A stretch of DNA of 64,000 nt from Auanema rhodensis (Eukaryota; Animalia; Nematoda): assembly GCA_964057225.1 (NCBI GenBank), contig OZ059898.1, positions 12,896,001 through 12,960,000 of the forward strand. Direction: 5' to 3'. A program made the translations under genes and the position numbers. How positions within the stretch are numbered: position 1 is the stretch's first letter; the number at the start of each line of letters is the position of its first letter. The notes below the pieces were generated by a model. That model was not told where the DNA came from, made no database searches, and saw only the letters and a list, made by a program, of their open reading frames with translations. This document shows, piece after piece, positions 53,284 through 64,000 of this stretch.

Positions 53284-53634
53284 ATGAAACTCCTCATCGT
53301 TCTTGCTGTCTGTATTGCTGCTGCCTATGCTTCCTGCGTTGACTACTGTCACGGAACTGTTGCTGGATCTAACTGTGAAGCTTCCATCCCTCAAACGTTG
53401 TATCTTCTGAGTTTCTAACCTTACTTTGAGCTTTTCAGCTGGAGAGAAACCTGGTGTGCTGACAAGTGTTATAAGAGATGTCTTGATATTCAGATGCACA
53501 ACTGTAACAACAACTACTACATGTAAAGCTTCAAGTTCTTACTTCAAGTTCCAACTTGATCTCATTCCAGGTGCTGTATGACTGTCAAAGAATTCAACAA
53601 GACCATGAAGTGCTGGGATGCCAACGGTTGGTAA
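53284..53634 (+). CDS. Small secreted 10-Cys peptide, copy B (86 aa; exons 53284-53396, 53439-53522, 53571-53634)
   Basis: MKLLIVLAVCIAAAYA-SCVDYCHGTVAGSNCEASIPQTWRETWCADKCYKRCLDIQMHNCNNNYYMCCMTVKEFNKTMKCWDANGW*; same introns as copy A. Confidence 0.85.
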
Positions 53635-54039
53635 GAAAGAAAAATCAATGATATTCATCTTGTAACATCTATATGAATAAAGATTTCTAACCTTCTTTCA
53701 TTTCATTATAATTAGAATAATTAAGAAAATAGTTTGTATAGTTAACAGTATACAACCGCTTTCACGTCTTTTTAAAATTAAAATGATATAGTTCACATGA
53801 AGTTCTCATATGTTACTGCTACAACAGTTTCTTAACTTATTTCAATCTATAATAATTTTAAAACAATTGAGCCATGAAGACTTTATTCAAATTATTACCT
53901 TTTTTTTTTCCTTAACACACCAGGTGTTTAGGGTATAAATCATTGAAACATTATTATTATATGTACATTATAAATCATAATAGCAAGTTTAAGTGGCAAA
54001 AAAGCATATTCTAATTAAGATAATTTGAATATTATTAAC

Positions 54040-55213
54040 TTAGTTCATCATAGTTGGAAAACATCGATTAAACCAATAGGTACGTATTTTAGCATCTTGT
54101 ACTGGCCTAAACATTTGAATTTAAATAAATTCAAAAACTCATTGAACTTACAGCCTTTTATATACGTCGGTAGTTGATTTGTGCTGTTTTAGTACATGAT
54201 CATCTATGGCTTCACGATCTCCTTCGAATGAACATAGACGACAACTTATCTTTCCGGTTACTTGAAAATGAGTTCGCACGTGTGCTTCCAAAGAAGAAAT
54301 TCCATTTCTGACAGTGCTCTGACACATCTGACATGTAGCTAATGAGCTAGACTCTTCGGGAGCTGTTAAGATGGAGCTCAGTCCGGGAAAACATCTCACT
54401 GTTGTCTCATTCACTTTACTCTGATCGAAATCATTTCTAAAAGAATACGTAAAATCTTACATTTTTTGAAATTAAATCACGAAAAACTAACAATTCTCGG
54501 GAATACAAGGCATTCTTAGTTGATCTTGTTGGAAACTGATTATGAACATCTCGAAGATGGTTCTTCATCGTGGATTCTTTCCGACATTTGAAATCACGGC
54601 AGACCAAGCATCGAAGACTAAAAATTAAATTATATTCTATAATATACAGTAATTTAAACAACTTACTTATCGACATCCGAGTGTTGAATTGCATGTTTTT
54701 TAAAAACATCCAACTTATTTTGGTTTAACGGGAATGAAGCTTTACATACCTGAGATAAGAACAATAATTTACTATGTGGGTCAATAATAAGCTTACTTTG
54801 CATGAAAGCAATTCCTTAGAGTTTTCCTTTTCAGGTTTCTTATTAGAATCCTTGTTACGGTCCCTGTCAAAGTAATACAGTTATCCACATGTTAATAAAA
54901 GATTTAAAAACTTACAAACAACGGAAAAATCCGGCATATTTACAGGTTTCATCTAATGAAGAATCATATGAACAATCAAGTGATGTAACACTGACACGGT
55001 CAAATGACATTCGTCGAACTTTGTTCGGAATAAAAACCTCATTAATAGTTGAGTCATCAGTTATTTGACGATCGGAAAGGAAAAAATCGGATAAACGTTT
55101 CTAAAATTACAGTAATAAGATGAAGAACAGGCAAACACAACAGTTTCTACTACCTTTCCAATTCGTACACCATTTTCACTACAATTCGAAATATTTCCAT
55201 TAAATGGAGCCAT
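54040..55213 (-). CDS. C2H2 zinc-finger protein, multi-exon
   Basis: CLVC..MKNHLRDVH, CQMC..LEAHVRTH, CRLC..DDHVLKQH; ends RCFPTMMN*. Confidence 0.75.
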
Positions 55214-55835
55214 AATAAAACTAAATAATATATAATTAACTTTAACATTACTAATAGATATATATATAATTAAACAAGATATAACACAAAGTTAAAAACT
55301 AAATACAATTGAAGATTAGCTATCTGCTTATATACTATGCCTGGAAGACCCGACAGCAAAGTTCGGACAAGAGGTCAACATGTCTTTTCGTTTGCCGACA
55401 ATTCCGTCAGGCAATACCTGAAGATATGTCACATCAAGACACATCTGCCGTTCGTACCCTCAGGGTCTGACGTCTGGTTAGTATATATGAACAAACTAAC
55501 TTATATAATAGATCATTATGTATATATGAGTAAGGGTAGTGAAAGAGTATTAAGAAAGAGAAGATCACTTATAGATCATTCAACCTTTAATATTGTATTT
55601 TGTATTTTTCAATATAATAGTATAGTTAAATATATTAAAAATTTATTTGTTTTGCACAATAAAATGAATAGAACATACGCTGTATGCCAATAGAATTTAA
55701 CAGTTTTTTTTCATTCTTTTTCTTAATATATTATGATTTTATTTTTGTTCCATCAACAACAATTAATTGTTGTATATTTTGATTTCTCTGAAATCAAATA
55801 ATCGAAGAGTTATGAAGTTAGTGTACTAGTGTATC

Positions 55836-58800
55836 CTATACATCTCGTTGTTTCAGGAAAATTGATCGAGAAATCGGAGATAAGTTGACTGTTGACATAA
55901 GATGACAAACCTGAAAATAATTTAAATATTTTATGTATAGAAAGTTGTTTTTAGATTTATTTAATATTTTTAAAATCCCCCCTGATACTCTATAAGTCTT
56001 CAAAGCTTTTTACAAGAATGTGAACAAGTGTAGTATTGTTTAATCTATTTAAGGCTCAAGTTTTATGATTTCCCTCTTCCTCAGATCATACCTGAGGCTG
56101 CAGCCTGATCTTGTAGCCTGAGTGTGATTCATAATATCATAACTCAACTGCAATATCATACTGAATTCTAGATTTTTCTATATGTTAACTATACAGTTTA
56201 AATTAAGTTTTATTAATTTAATTTAATTACAACTTAACCGATGCTTGAAAACACAAGTCTGAATCAGGAAGCGAAACGAATCAACTTTATCACACTGCCA
56301 ACAATGACAATGTTTTTTCCTTTTTCCATTATAATAATCTCAAAATATTATAATATTATAATATATTTCAAATTTAAAAAAATTGAATTAGTCTAGAAAG
56401 TTATTGAATTAGATTAATAGATAATATTTATATTAAATATATTATTAAATATAAATATAGGTATATTAAGGAAAACCAAAAGAATAAAATTATAAAATAT
56501 TAAAAATAAATAATTAATTTTTATCTTAAAATTAGAAAAATTTAAAATTTAAAACAAAGAAATCGATTGAAATAATTCTTTAAAAATAACATTTGAAATA
56601 AAAATTTATTTTTAGTTATAAATCTATGATTAACGGTTGTAACGTTGAAGATTTTGAGATTTCCGTGTTAATTAGCATATTTGAATTTTTAAAAATCAAT
56701 AAGTATTGATTAAGCAGAAATTAAATTTAAAAAATTTAAAATTTAAAATAAACTGTATAGTTAACATTGAGAAAATACTTTAATATTAATTTTTAATTAC
56801 TTGACTGTTCAAGCAGAATTTTTTTTATAATAGAATCTTAAAATTCTGTTTATTCTCAGAAATATTTTAAATTTCTGGATGTTTCAACCTAAATAAACAA
56901 ATCTAGAATTCAATATAATATTTCAATCTGAGTTATGATATGATATTACTCACACTCAGGCTACAAGATCAGGCTGCAGCCTCAGGTATGATCTGAGGGG
57001 GAGGGAAATCATAAAACTTGAGCCTTAAATAGATTAAACAATACTACACTTGTTCACATTCTTGTAAAAAGCTTTGAAGACTTATAGAGTATCAGGAGAC
57101 TAAATAAGAATTATCATTGTATTTATTTGAAAATGTATAAATAATATTATCTAACCTCTAAATACGATCGTCTCCTTTCAGCAAGCTCAAGGAAAGATGT
57201 CAAAGCTGTTACAACTCGACCAAATTTTTGTACTCCGTATATCTGGCCATATTCTCGTATCATATGCTGAGAAACAGAATAATAAAACTGATAGAAAGTG
57301 GATAGGAAAAACATACTTTACGTAAAAATTCCATTGTTTTATAGCGGGCTGCTTCAATAATTTTTCGACCTTCATCAGATATTTCGAATGTATCTACAAA
57401 ATAATAATGAATAACAATAAAAACATAACGATGCAAAGCTCATATGCTTACTTCCACTAAACAAGGCTAAAGTTTTGAAAAAGACGAACTCAGCATCTGA
57501 TAAGTCTAATAATCGCATCATTGCTACAGGCTTGCAGTAAACTTGACGATAATAATCTTCATAAGCTGTTCTATAAAAATTGTATTGAAACTTGGTTGAG
57601 CTTGAGCAAAGCTTACTGATTTCGGAGTCGAAATTTTAAAGCATTTAAGCCATCAGGGAATACCATACTTTCGGAATTAGTTAACGCTGTATAGTATGCT
57701 TGTGATGAAATTTGCATAATTCCAGCAACTTCACTCAACAGGACACTCTTAAATAATAGAGATTGAACTGTATATCTTAAAAAATAATAAGAATGTACCT
57801 TGTCTTTTGGAGATAATTTACCAAAGCTATTAAATGTTTTTGCAAATTCAACAGATAAGAAGAGATCAGCCATCATCCAATATCTAACAGGATTCTCCTC
57901 ATATAACTCTTGTCGCCAGATTCGTTGATCTTGTGGATCCTAACAAAATCATTTGATCAGCAAATTGTGAAGGAAAACAATTGAATTTACCTTTATTTTC
58001 CTAGCGCCAAGTAGACATGGACTTTGTAAAATTTCACGTAAATGAAGATTACTAACAATAGGATAACCAGGCTTTCTAATTGCTCTCATTAAGTTTTCTC
58101 GTTGCGTCTACACGATATAGTTTATTCAAGTTAGATTATGAGCATAAGTTTAATAAACTTACAAGAATAGTTAAAGCTTTAATACAATCCATATTCTCAG
58201 GTTGATAGGATATTGTATGATATAGTATCGGTACAACAGCTACATCATCATTATTATTATCGGTAGTTTCTTCTAAAGTTGCACTATCTATATCATCTTT
58301 TTCCCGGAATTGGATAGCTAAACAATAATTATATGAAATATATATTTTTGAATATATAAGAGTTATATGTATATAGTTTAAAAATAATTTATATGAGAAG
58401 AGAAAAAGTTTTTGAATTATCTTCTTTTAGGTTAAATATTAAAGGATAAATAAGATAAAGCCAAACAGAAACAATGAAAAATCATGGATAATCATGTAAT
58501 TTATAAAAAATAAAAAGATTTTTGTTGGGATTAATATCTAAAATCCGATTTTAGATATTGAAGTATGGATCTCTTGTAAAATATATCAAAAAATGGAGAA
58601 TCAATAGAAGTTATTGTTATGATTCAGTTATAATATTATTCTATAAATAACTCTATATTATTATTGTTATATTATTAGTTTTAATTATATGTATATAGTT
58701 TGAATAAACTATAAACAAACCATTTCGATTCATTCCAACTCGAATACATTTTTGAAAACGACATGCTCGACAAGCGCATCGGAAATCTGAAAGTGAAAGG

Positions 58801-59429
58801 AATGAAAAAGACTTGGGGCAATGGGGGAATAGCAAACCTTTATTAAATTGGCATTTACCACCTTTTGAACATTTAAAATCTCGTTTATTGATTATAGTTC
58901 TTCGGAAAAATGTTTTACATCCATTACAGCTTAGAACATCATAATGATATCCTGTAGGCTATAAGGTAAAGTTGGTTAATAAGATAAACTTGGATGAAAA
59001 TGAATAAACCTTATCTCCACATATAGCACAATGATACTTATCACTCTTCCGAACATTACGAATTCGTTTAGTAGGTATAGCTAAAGCTAGTGAAGCATTT
59101 TCATCATTCTAGAATATGAAATTACGTTGATATAGTCGAATATCATGAAACTGCTGACCTCTGAGGGCAAAAAGGTCGAATTAGCTATTGGTGGTGAAAA
59201 GTTAAGCTGCGATGAGCTGCTGTTGCTTGTGTTGGAGAGCGGCGAATCATAATCCGAGCTGGATGAAGCGTTAGCTGAGTGAGAATACTAGAAGTTTGAC
59301 GATGAATTTGAACGAAATTGTCCGAAGTTGAAGACAAACCCAATTATTCATAACAGCAGATGACTTTAAACAAGGTGGAACATGATGATAGATATCAGTA
59401 TCAGTACCATCATCTGTCCAAGTGTCCAT
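55836..59429 (-). CDS. Nuclear hormone receptor (nematode HNF4-derived supplementary NR)
   Basis: DBD [28 protein letters not shown]...CRACRFQKC; LBD ADLFLSVEFAKTF...PDG...EFVFFK; terminal exon 55836-55910 (TTTTCAG|VCHLMSTVNLSPISRSIFLKQRDV*). Further 5' exons are possible. Confidence 0.9.
55981..57096. mobile_element. Foldback/MITE-like element with 147-bp inverted arms inside the last NHR intron
   Basis: 55981-56127 is the reverse complement of 56950-57096 (2 mismatches seen); further nested inverted blocks inside; no ORF and no clear TSD. Confidence 0.65.
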
Positions 59430-60391
59430 ACTGAAGACAGATGATGCAAACTACAAGAAAGATAACTAATTAAACGATCGAATTAACTAGAAAATAAGAA
59501 AAATAATGAAAAATCAAATGTCATTAAGAAAAAAAAATTGAGATGAAAGTATTGAAGAAACATAAAAGGAAATTATATATATTTAGAAATATAAATATAA
59601 TAAAAATATTTTAATTTTATATTCTATTTTGAAGGTAAAAAACCCGCAAAAAGCTTGTTTATGAAGTTATCAGTTATGAAAATCAAGAGAAGAACAAGAA
59701 GAACGAAGGTGTGTTTGAGTGAAAACGAAAAAGTGAGAAAGAGAAATGAAAAAAGTTTATAAGATGTATTATACTATATATTATATGGATATCAATATCT
59801 AATTATCAATTATCAATTAAAAAATGAAATTAAAATAATAATTTAAAACATAAAAGGAATGAAGAAAAACATAAAATATCATAGAATATCATAGAATATT
59901 ATAGAATATTATATATTTAATTAAAATAATAATATTATATATTATAAATAAATGATAAGTTTTGAAAATTAACTAAAGACACAAAGTTCATTTATAATAT
60001 TTTATATGAATAAGATTATAAATCAAATATTATTTATATGATATTTATCATTTTAACAAAGCAGTTTTCTAATAATAAGCTGTTAGAAAATAGCAATTTT
60101 TGAAAAAAAAAAGCGTCTTTACGCCTGTTTGTATTTAATGAATTAGGCAAATTCTATGATGATTAAGTTGCATGAAGAACCTGCTCAAGTTTAAGTGATA
60201 AACAGTGGAATGTACTAGATGTAGTTGAAGGAAGAAGGATGAAAAAGTTGAAACAATCATTACGGAGTATCAAATTCAAGAAAAGAATAATCTGTTTATA
60301 AGGAAAAAAAAATAAATTTATAAGAAATAATAGAAGAATATAAGATAATATTCTATGGGTTAAAGGGTCAGAATAGGAATAAAGAGATAAT

Positions 60392-60395
<4 letters not shown>

Positions 60396-60422
<27 letters not shown>
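60396..60422. repeat. (AG)n microsatellite
   Basis: Direct read; (TA)n nearby at ~60616-60646. Confidence 0.9.
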
Positions 60423-60426
<4 letters not shown>

Positions 60427-60612
60427 AAGAGGAAGAGACTTTATGAAAAGATTTATTTATGTGAAAATAAAGTAACAAAATCAGATTGAAATGAACAGAA
60501 ACAAAGTTACTACTAAATAAGTTATAAAAAGAGAAAGAAAGAGAGAGAGTAAGAGTGAGATAGGGGAGTAAACATGCATAACATCATTACAGTGTACTAT
60601 CTAACCTATATG

Positions 60613-60652
<40 letters not shown>

Positions 60653-63322
60653 TATAAACATATATAGTTATTCACATATTTTACAAAAATATTTTTAAAT
60701 TATAAACAGATGAATGTGAAAAAAAAACTTTTTTCGCATCTTCTTCAATCATTACAAATCGTTTTAAACGAATCGAAATAATTTAAAGATATAAGAGAGT
60801 ATAGAATCAAATAGATAGAAAGAACATAAATGAATTTAATCAATTTGGCTATGAATGTCACGTGTATGATGTGTGTATGAATGTGTGTAGGAGAGTTAAT
60901 GTCTCTTGCGTTCGAAAAAGAAAAAAAAACGACAAAAGAGAACAGGTTTTTTAATTTTTTTTCCTTTTTTTAGGGTGAAGGCTCTCTCTCTTTCTCTCTC
61001 AGTCTCGTTTAAAGAAATAATATTTGCTAATTATAATAACATAATTAGTTATTCAATTTTGGTAAGACATATTGATATCAATGAATCGATCATCACTATT
61101 GATGTTATCAATTTATCCTTGATCCAATGAAAAAGATACAATACTTTTGCATCTTATCTTATCTAAAAAACTTTTAAGATTTTAATAAAATATATAAAAA
61201 TAAAAAAATATAATATAACATATATTTATAATTAACATATTTAATTATATGAATATAGTTATAATTTAATTTTTTTTATATTTAAAAATTAAAGTTTCGA
61301 AGGACAATTTTAGATTTTGTAAAATGCAACCGGTCTGAATCAATTTGTCATGTTAAATGAACCTTGGAAGCAATTGCGCATACAATGACGCTTACGTAAC
61401 TCACGTAAATATACGTGAGATTGTAATAACAAGATATATTTTAGAATATAAATAAATAAATATTATTATATATGCCAAATTCATTATAATAAATTTTTTT
61501 AAAAATCAATTGTTTCATATGGTCAAACTACAAAATATAATTGGTCGGTGACGGACTTGGAACAGCAATTTCAAATGATAAACTAGCAAACTATCAGAGA
61601 AAGAGGGGAGGAGAGAAGGGTGCTACTAAGAGAGAGAGAGAGAGAGAGGGGGGGGGGGGGTGAGAAGTGGTTGGATGAAACTACAATAAAATTAAAAGAA
61701 GACCAGATCATTTTGAATTGCCAGTTCTGGAAAAATATTTTTCATTCTGATTCTGATCTATCTTATTCCGATGACGACGGTGCACGTCAAATGAATGATA
61801 AGATAAAATAAATAAGAGAGAAAGGCTCCTTGAAAAGAGAGAGCGATAGAGAGAGATAGAGATAGAGAGATGAAGAAAGAAAGAGAGAACGCAGTTAAGA
61901 GATAAAGAGAGAGAAGAGAAAAAGACAGGGGCTATGGGAAAACTTAACAGGGAGAGCTACGTGTACAAGTTAAGGTTAATAATAGCTGCAAGGAGTTTGA
62001 AGAATTTTCTTCAAAAAAAAAGAACGTGATCTTCTCAATAAGTGTTTCAAAAATTTTTAAAATATAATATATGTATATGAATCTGCTTATAATTTGAGAA
62101 AAATGTTGAAAGTTGATCTATTAATCTAAAACTATTATTTAACTATTTTTTCAAAAAAAGAGAGAGAGAAAGAGAGATTTAAAGTATGAATCATTTTTGC
62201 CAATAAGTAAAGAGGGATAAAGAAAGTAAGGGAGGTCTGCGAAGGACAGGACAGATGAAGAGAGAAAAGGATTGGTAAGGATCGATAGAAGAACCGAAAA
62301 TAGGTAAAACATGCTGCTCTTTTAAGGTGGAAAGTTTGGAATATAGAGAATATGAAGCATAGCTAACTAACTATATAATTGTATATTATACATGTTATCG
62401 AAGTTGTTAAAATATAAATATAATATAAGATAATATAATATATTTCATATAATTTATTGATAAAGTTGTTGATGGAAATCAAATTTTGTTATTCATAGCT
62501 TAAAATAGAGGAAGAAGGTGATTTAAGTATCAAAAGAGGGGGTTGAATGAAAAGAGAAGAGGATAAAGAGGAGAGTTACACGAGAAAAAGAAACCGTGGG
62601 AGTGGATTGCTATCTAATCCATCTTATAAATCGATTTTTTATATATAAAATGGATATATAGTTAACTGCTGACAGTCGATAACTAAATTAGGAAAATGAA
62701 AATATATTCTTAAATAATTTAATTTATAATATATATATATATATATACGGATAATATATAGTATAGTTAAGTTTTTCGAAGTAGTATATTTGAATTTAAA
62801 AATAAATTTCATTTTCTAAACAGAAGAACAAGAAGCACATCTGAATCACATTTGTTTGCCAATGTTGTTAAGAAAAATTGTCAAATTCTCTGTTATTTTT
62901 GAGAAATATTTCAAGCTTTTTCCATTTTTTTATAGAAAAAAACTGCAAAGAAGCTGCACTTTAGTGGAAATTTGGAAAACAAAAAGATGAGAAATCAGAT
63001 TCATATTTGACTGATTGAATGAGAAGTCAGAAAAAAACGAAGAAAAATGAATATTTAAACTATTAAATAGATAATGAAAATGATGTTAATGTTTTTCATA
63101 TAGTTAACTAAAATTATATATATTTATTTAATTAATTATAATATTATATTTAAATTTATATAATTTAAATATTTAAATAACTTATTGAAATGGAAATATT
63201 TGTCCTTTTCCTCATCCCTTAATTTATATTCACTTGATTGAACTTAGATGTCTACATCTAGCTTTGCTTCTTAGCTTCTATACAACTTGGAAATCCAAAT
63301 TTTGAGTTCCTGTTGCTGGCCA

Positions 63323-63336
63323 ACGTTCATGGCAAC
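63323..63336 (-). promoter_or_regulatory. Candidate X-box (GTTGCC-AT-GAACGT)
   Basis: One perfect RFX half site ~165 bp upstream of the coiled-coil gene. Confidence 0.3.
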
Positions 63337-63497
63337 GTTATGAAACGATACTATTCGGCTATATTATGAACTTTTAACTGTTCGTTTTAACTGTTTTTTT
63401 CAGATTTTTTTAATAAAAAAAATATTTTTTACAATAAAATGATTATGATGATTATATTTTATGAACATAACTGTGAGTCAACATCATAGATATCATC

Positions 63498-63910
63498 ATG
63501 AGTGCTGGATTAAAACGAGGATTAATCACAGCCAGTATTGGACAATCTGAAGGTCATCAACTACCAGCAGCTAATTCACAACTTGTTACACAGGTATCAT
63601 CACAACTATCTTCTTCCACATTTAAAATTAGAAAATTTGCAAATAATTTCTATTGCTATTGAAGAATGTTGAAAATGACAAAAAGGCTAAAAAGACAATG
63701 TGTATCTATACGAACGATTTTTAAAAATTATTTGCAGACCGAGGAGAAACAGAAAACATTACGGGAACTTTGCTCAAAATATGAAAAATTGAAACTAGGT
63801 CTGTGTGTTTACATATCGTGGACTTTACAATTGAAAAATACGTATGTTCAGAGTTGGATATACATACGAAAGAGAATGATGAACTTTCAAAGAGACTACA
63901 CTCATTACAG
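63498..63910 (+). CDS. Coiled-coil protein, 5' exons only (continues past the window)
   Basis: In-frame spliced exons MSAGLKRGL..LVTQ / NVENDKKAKRQC / TEEKQKTLRELCSKYEKLKL / ELDIHTKENDELSKRLHSLQ with GT-AG boundaries. Confidence 0.55.
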
Positions 63911-63929
63911 GTATTATATGAGAAAGTTG

Positions 63930-63937
63930 GAGAGAGA

Positions 63938-63973
<36 letters not shown>
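63930..63973. repeat. (AG)n microsatellite, intronic
   Basis: Direct read. Confidence 0.9.
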
Positions 63974-64000
63974 TTAAAATTTATTTTTCAGAATGTAGTT

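Larger units (their letters stand above)
52377..53742. repeat. Inverted duplication (arms ~52377-52924 and ~53192-53742) carrying the peptide genes
   Basis: Arms are reverse complements; ~270-bp AT-rich spacer. Confidence 0.95.

Noticed and set aside
52572-53499. ORFs 52572-52868(+) and 53212-53499(-)
   Set aside because: Antisense shadows of the spliced Cys-rich peptide genes
56950-57099. Terminal NHR exon duplicated in inverted orientation
   Set aside because: A better terminal exon with a TTTTCAG acceptor and LBD-like sequence lies at 55836-55910, so the arm is intronic

Overview
AT-rich eukaryotic genomic DNA with many ~40-55 bp GT-AG introns, TTTCAG acceptors and near-C. elegans tRNAs, so most likely a rhabditid nematode (species not determinable). 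Left half: a SAXO/STOP-repeat microtubule-stabiliser gene (runs off the left edge), tyramine beta-hydroxylase tbh-1, a 12.6-kb tmc-1 gene with a candidate second first exon, a sigma-class GST, a Lipase_2 (lips) gene and a NUDT5/ndx-2-like Nudix hydrolase. A small tRNA cluster follows (Thr-AGT, Ala-AGC and two relics). An 18.3-kb tandem array of ~91 indel-free 200-bp monomers occupies about 31.3-49.6 kb; the 67-aa ORFs in it are artefacts. Right part: an Str-superfamily chemoreceptor, a head-to-head inverted pair of 3-exon genes for an unrecognised secreted 10-Cys peptide (missed by the ORF track), a C2H2 zinc-finger gene, an HNF4-type nuclear receptor whose last intron is nearly filled by a foldback element, and the start of a coiled-coil gene. 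Best novelty candidates: the Cys-rich peptide pair, the satellite (U6-like TATA/start/T-run geometry and in-register terminal direct repeats), the TMC-2-like alternative N-terminus of tmc-1, and the intronic foldback. Gene models were spliced by eye. Family assignments rest on motifs and recalled homologues, not database searches.
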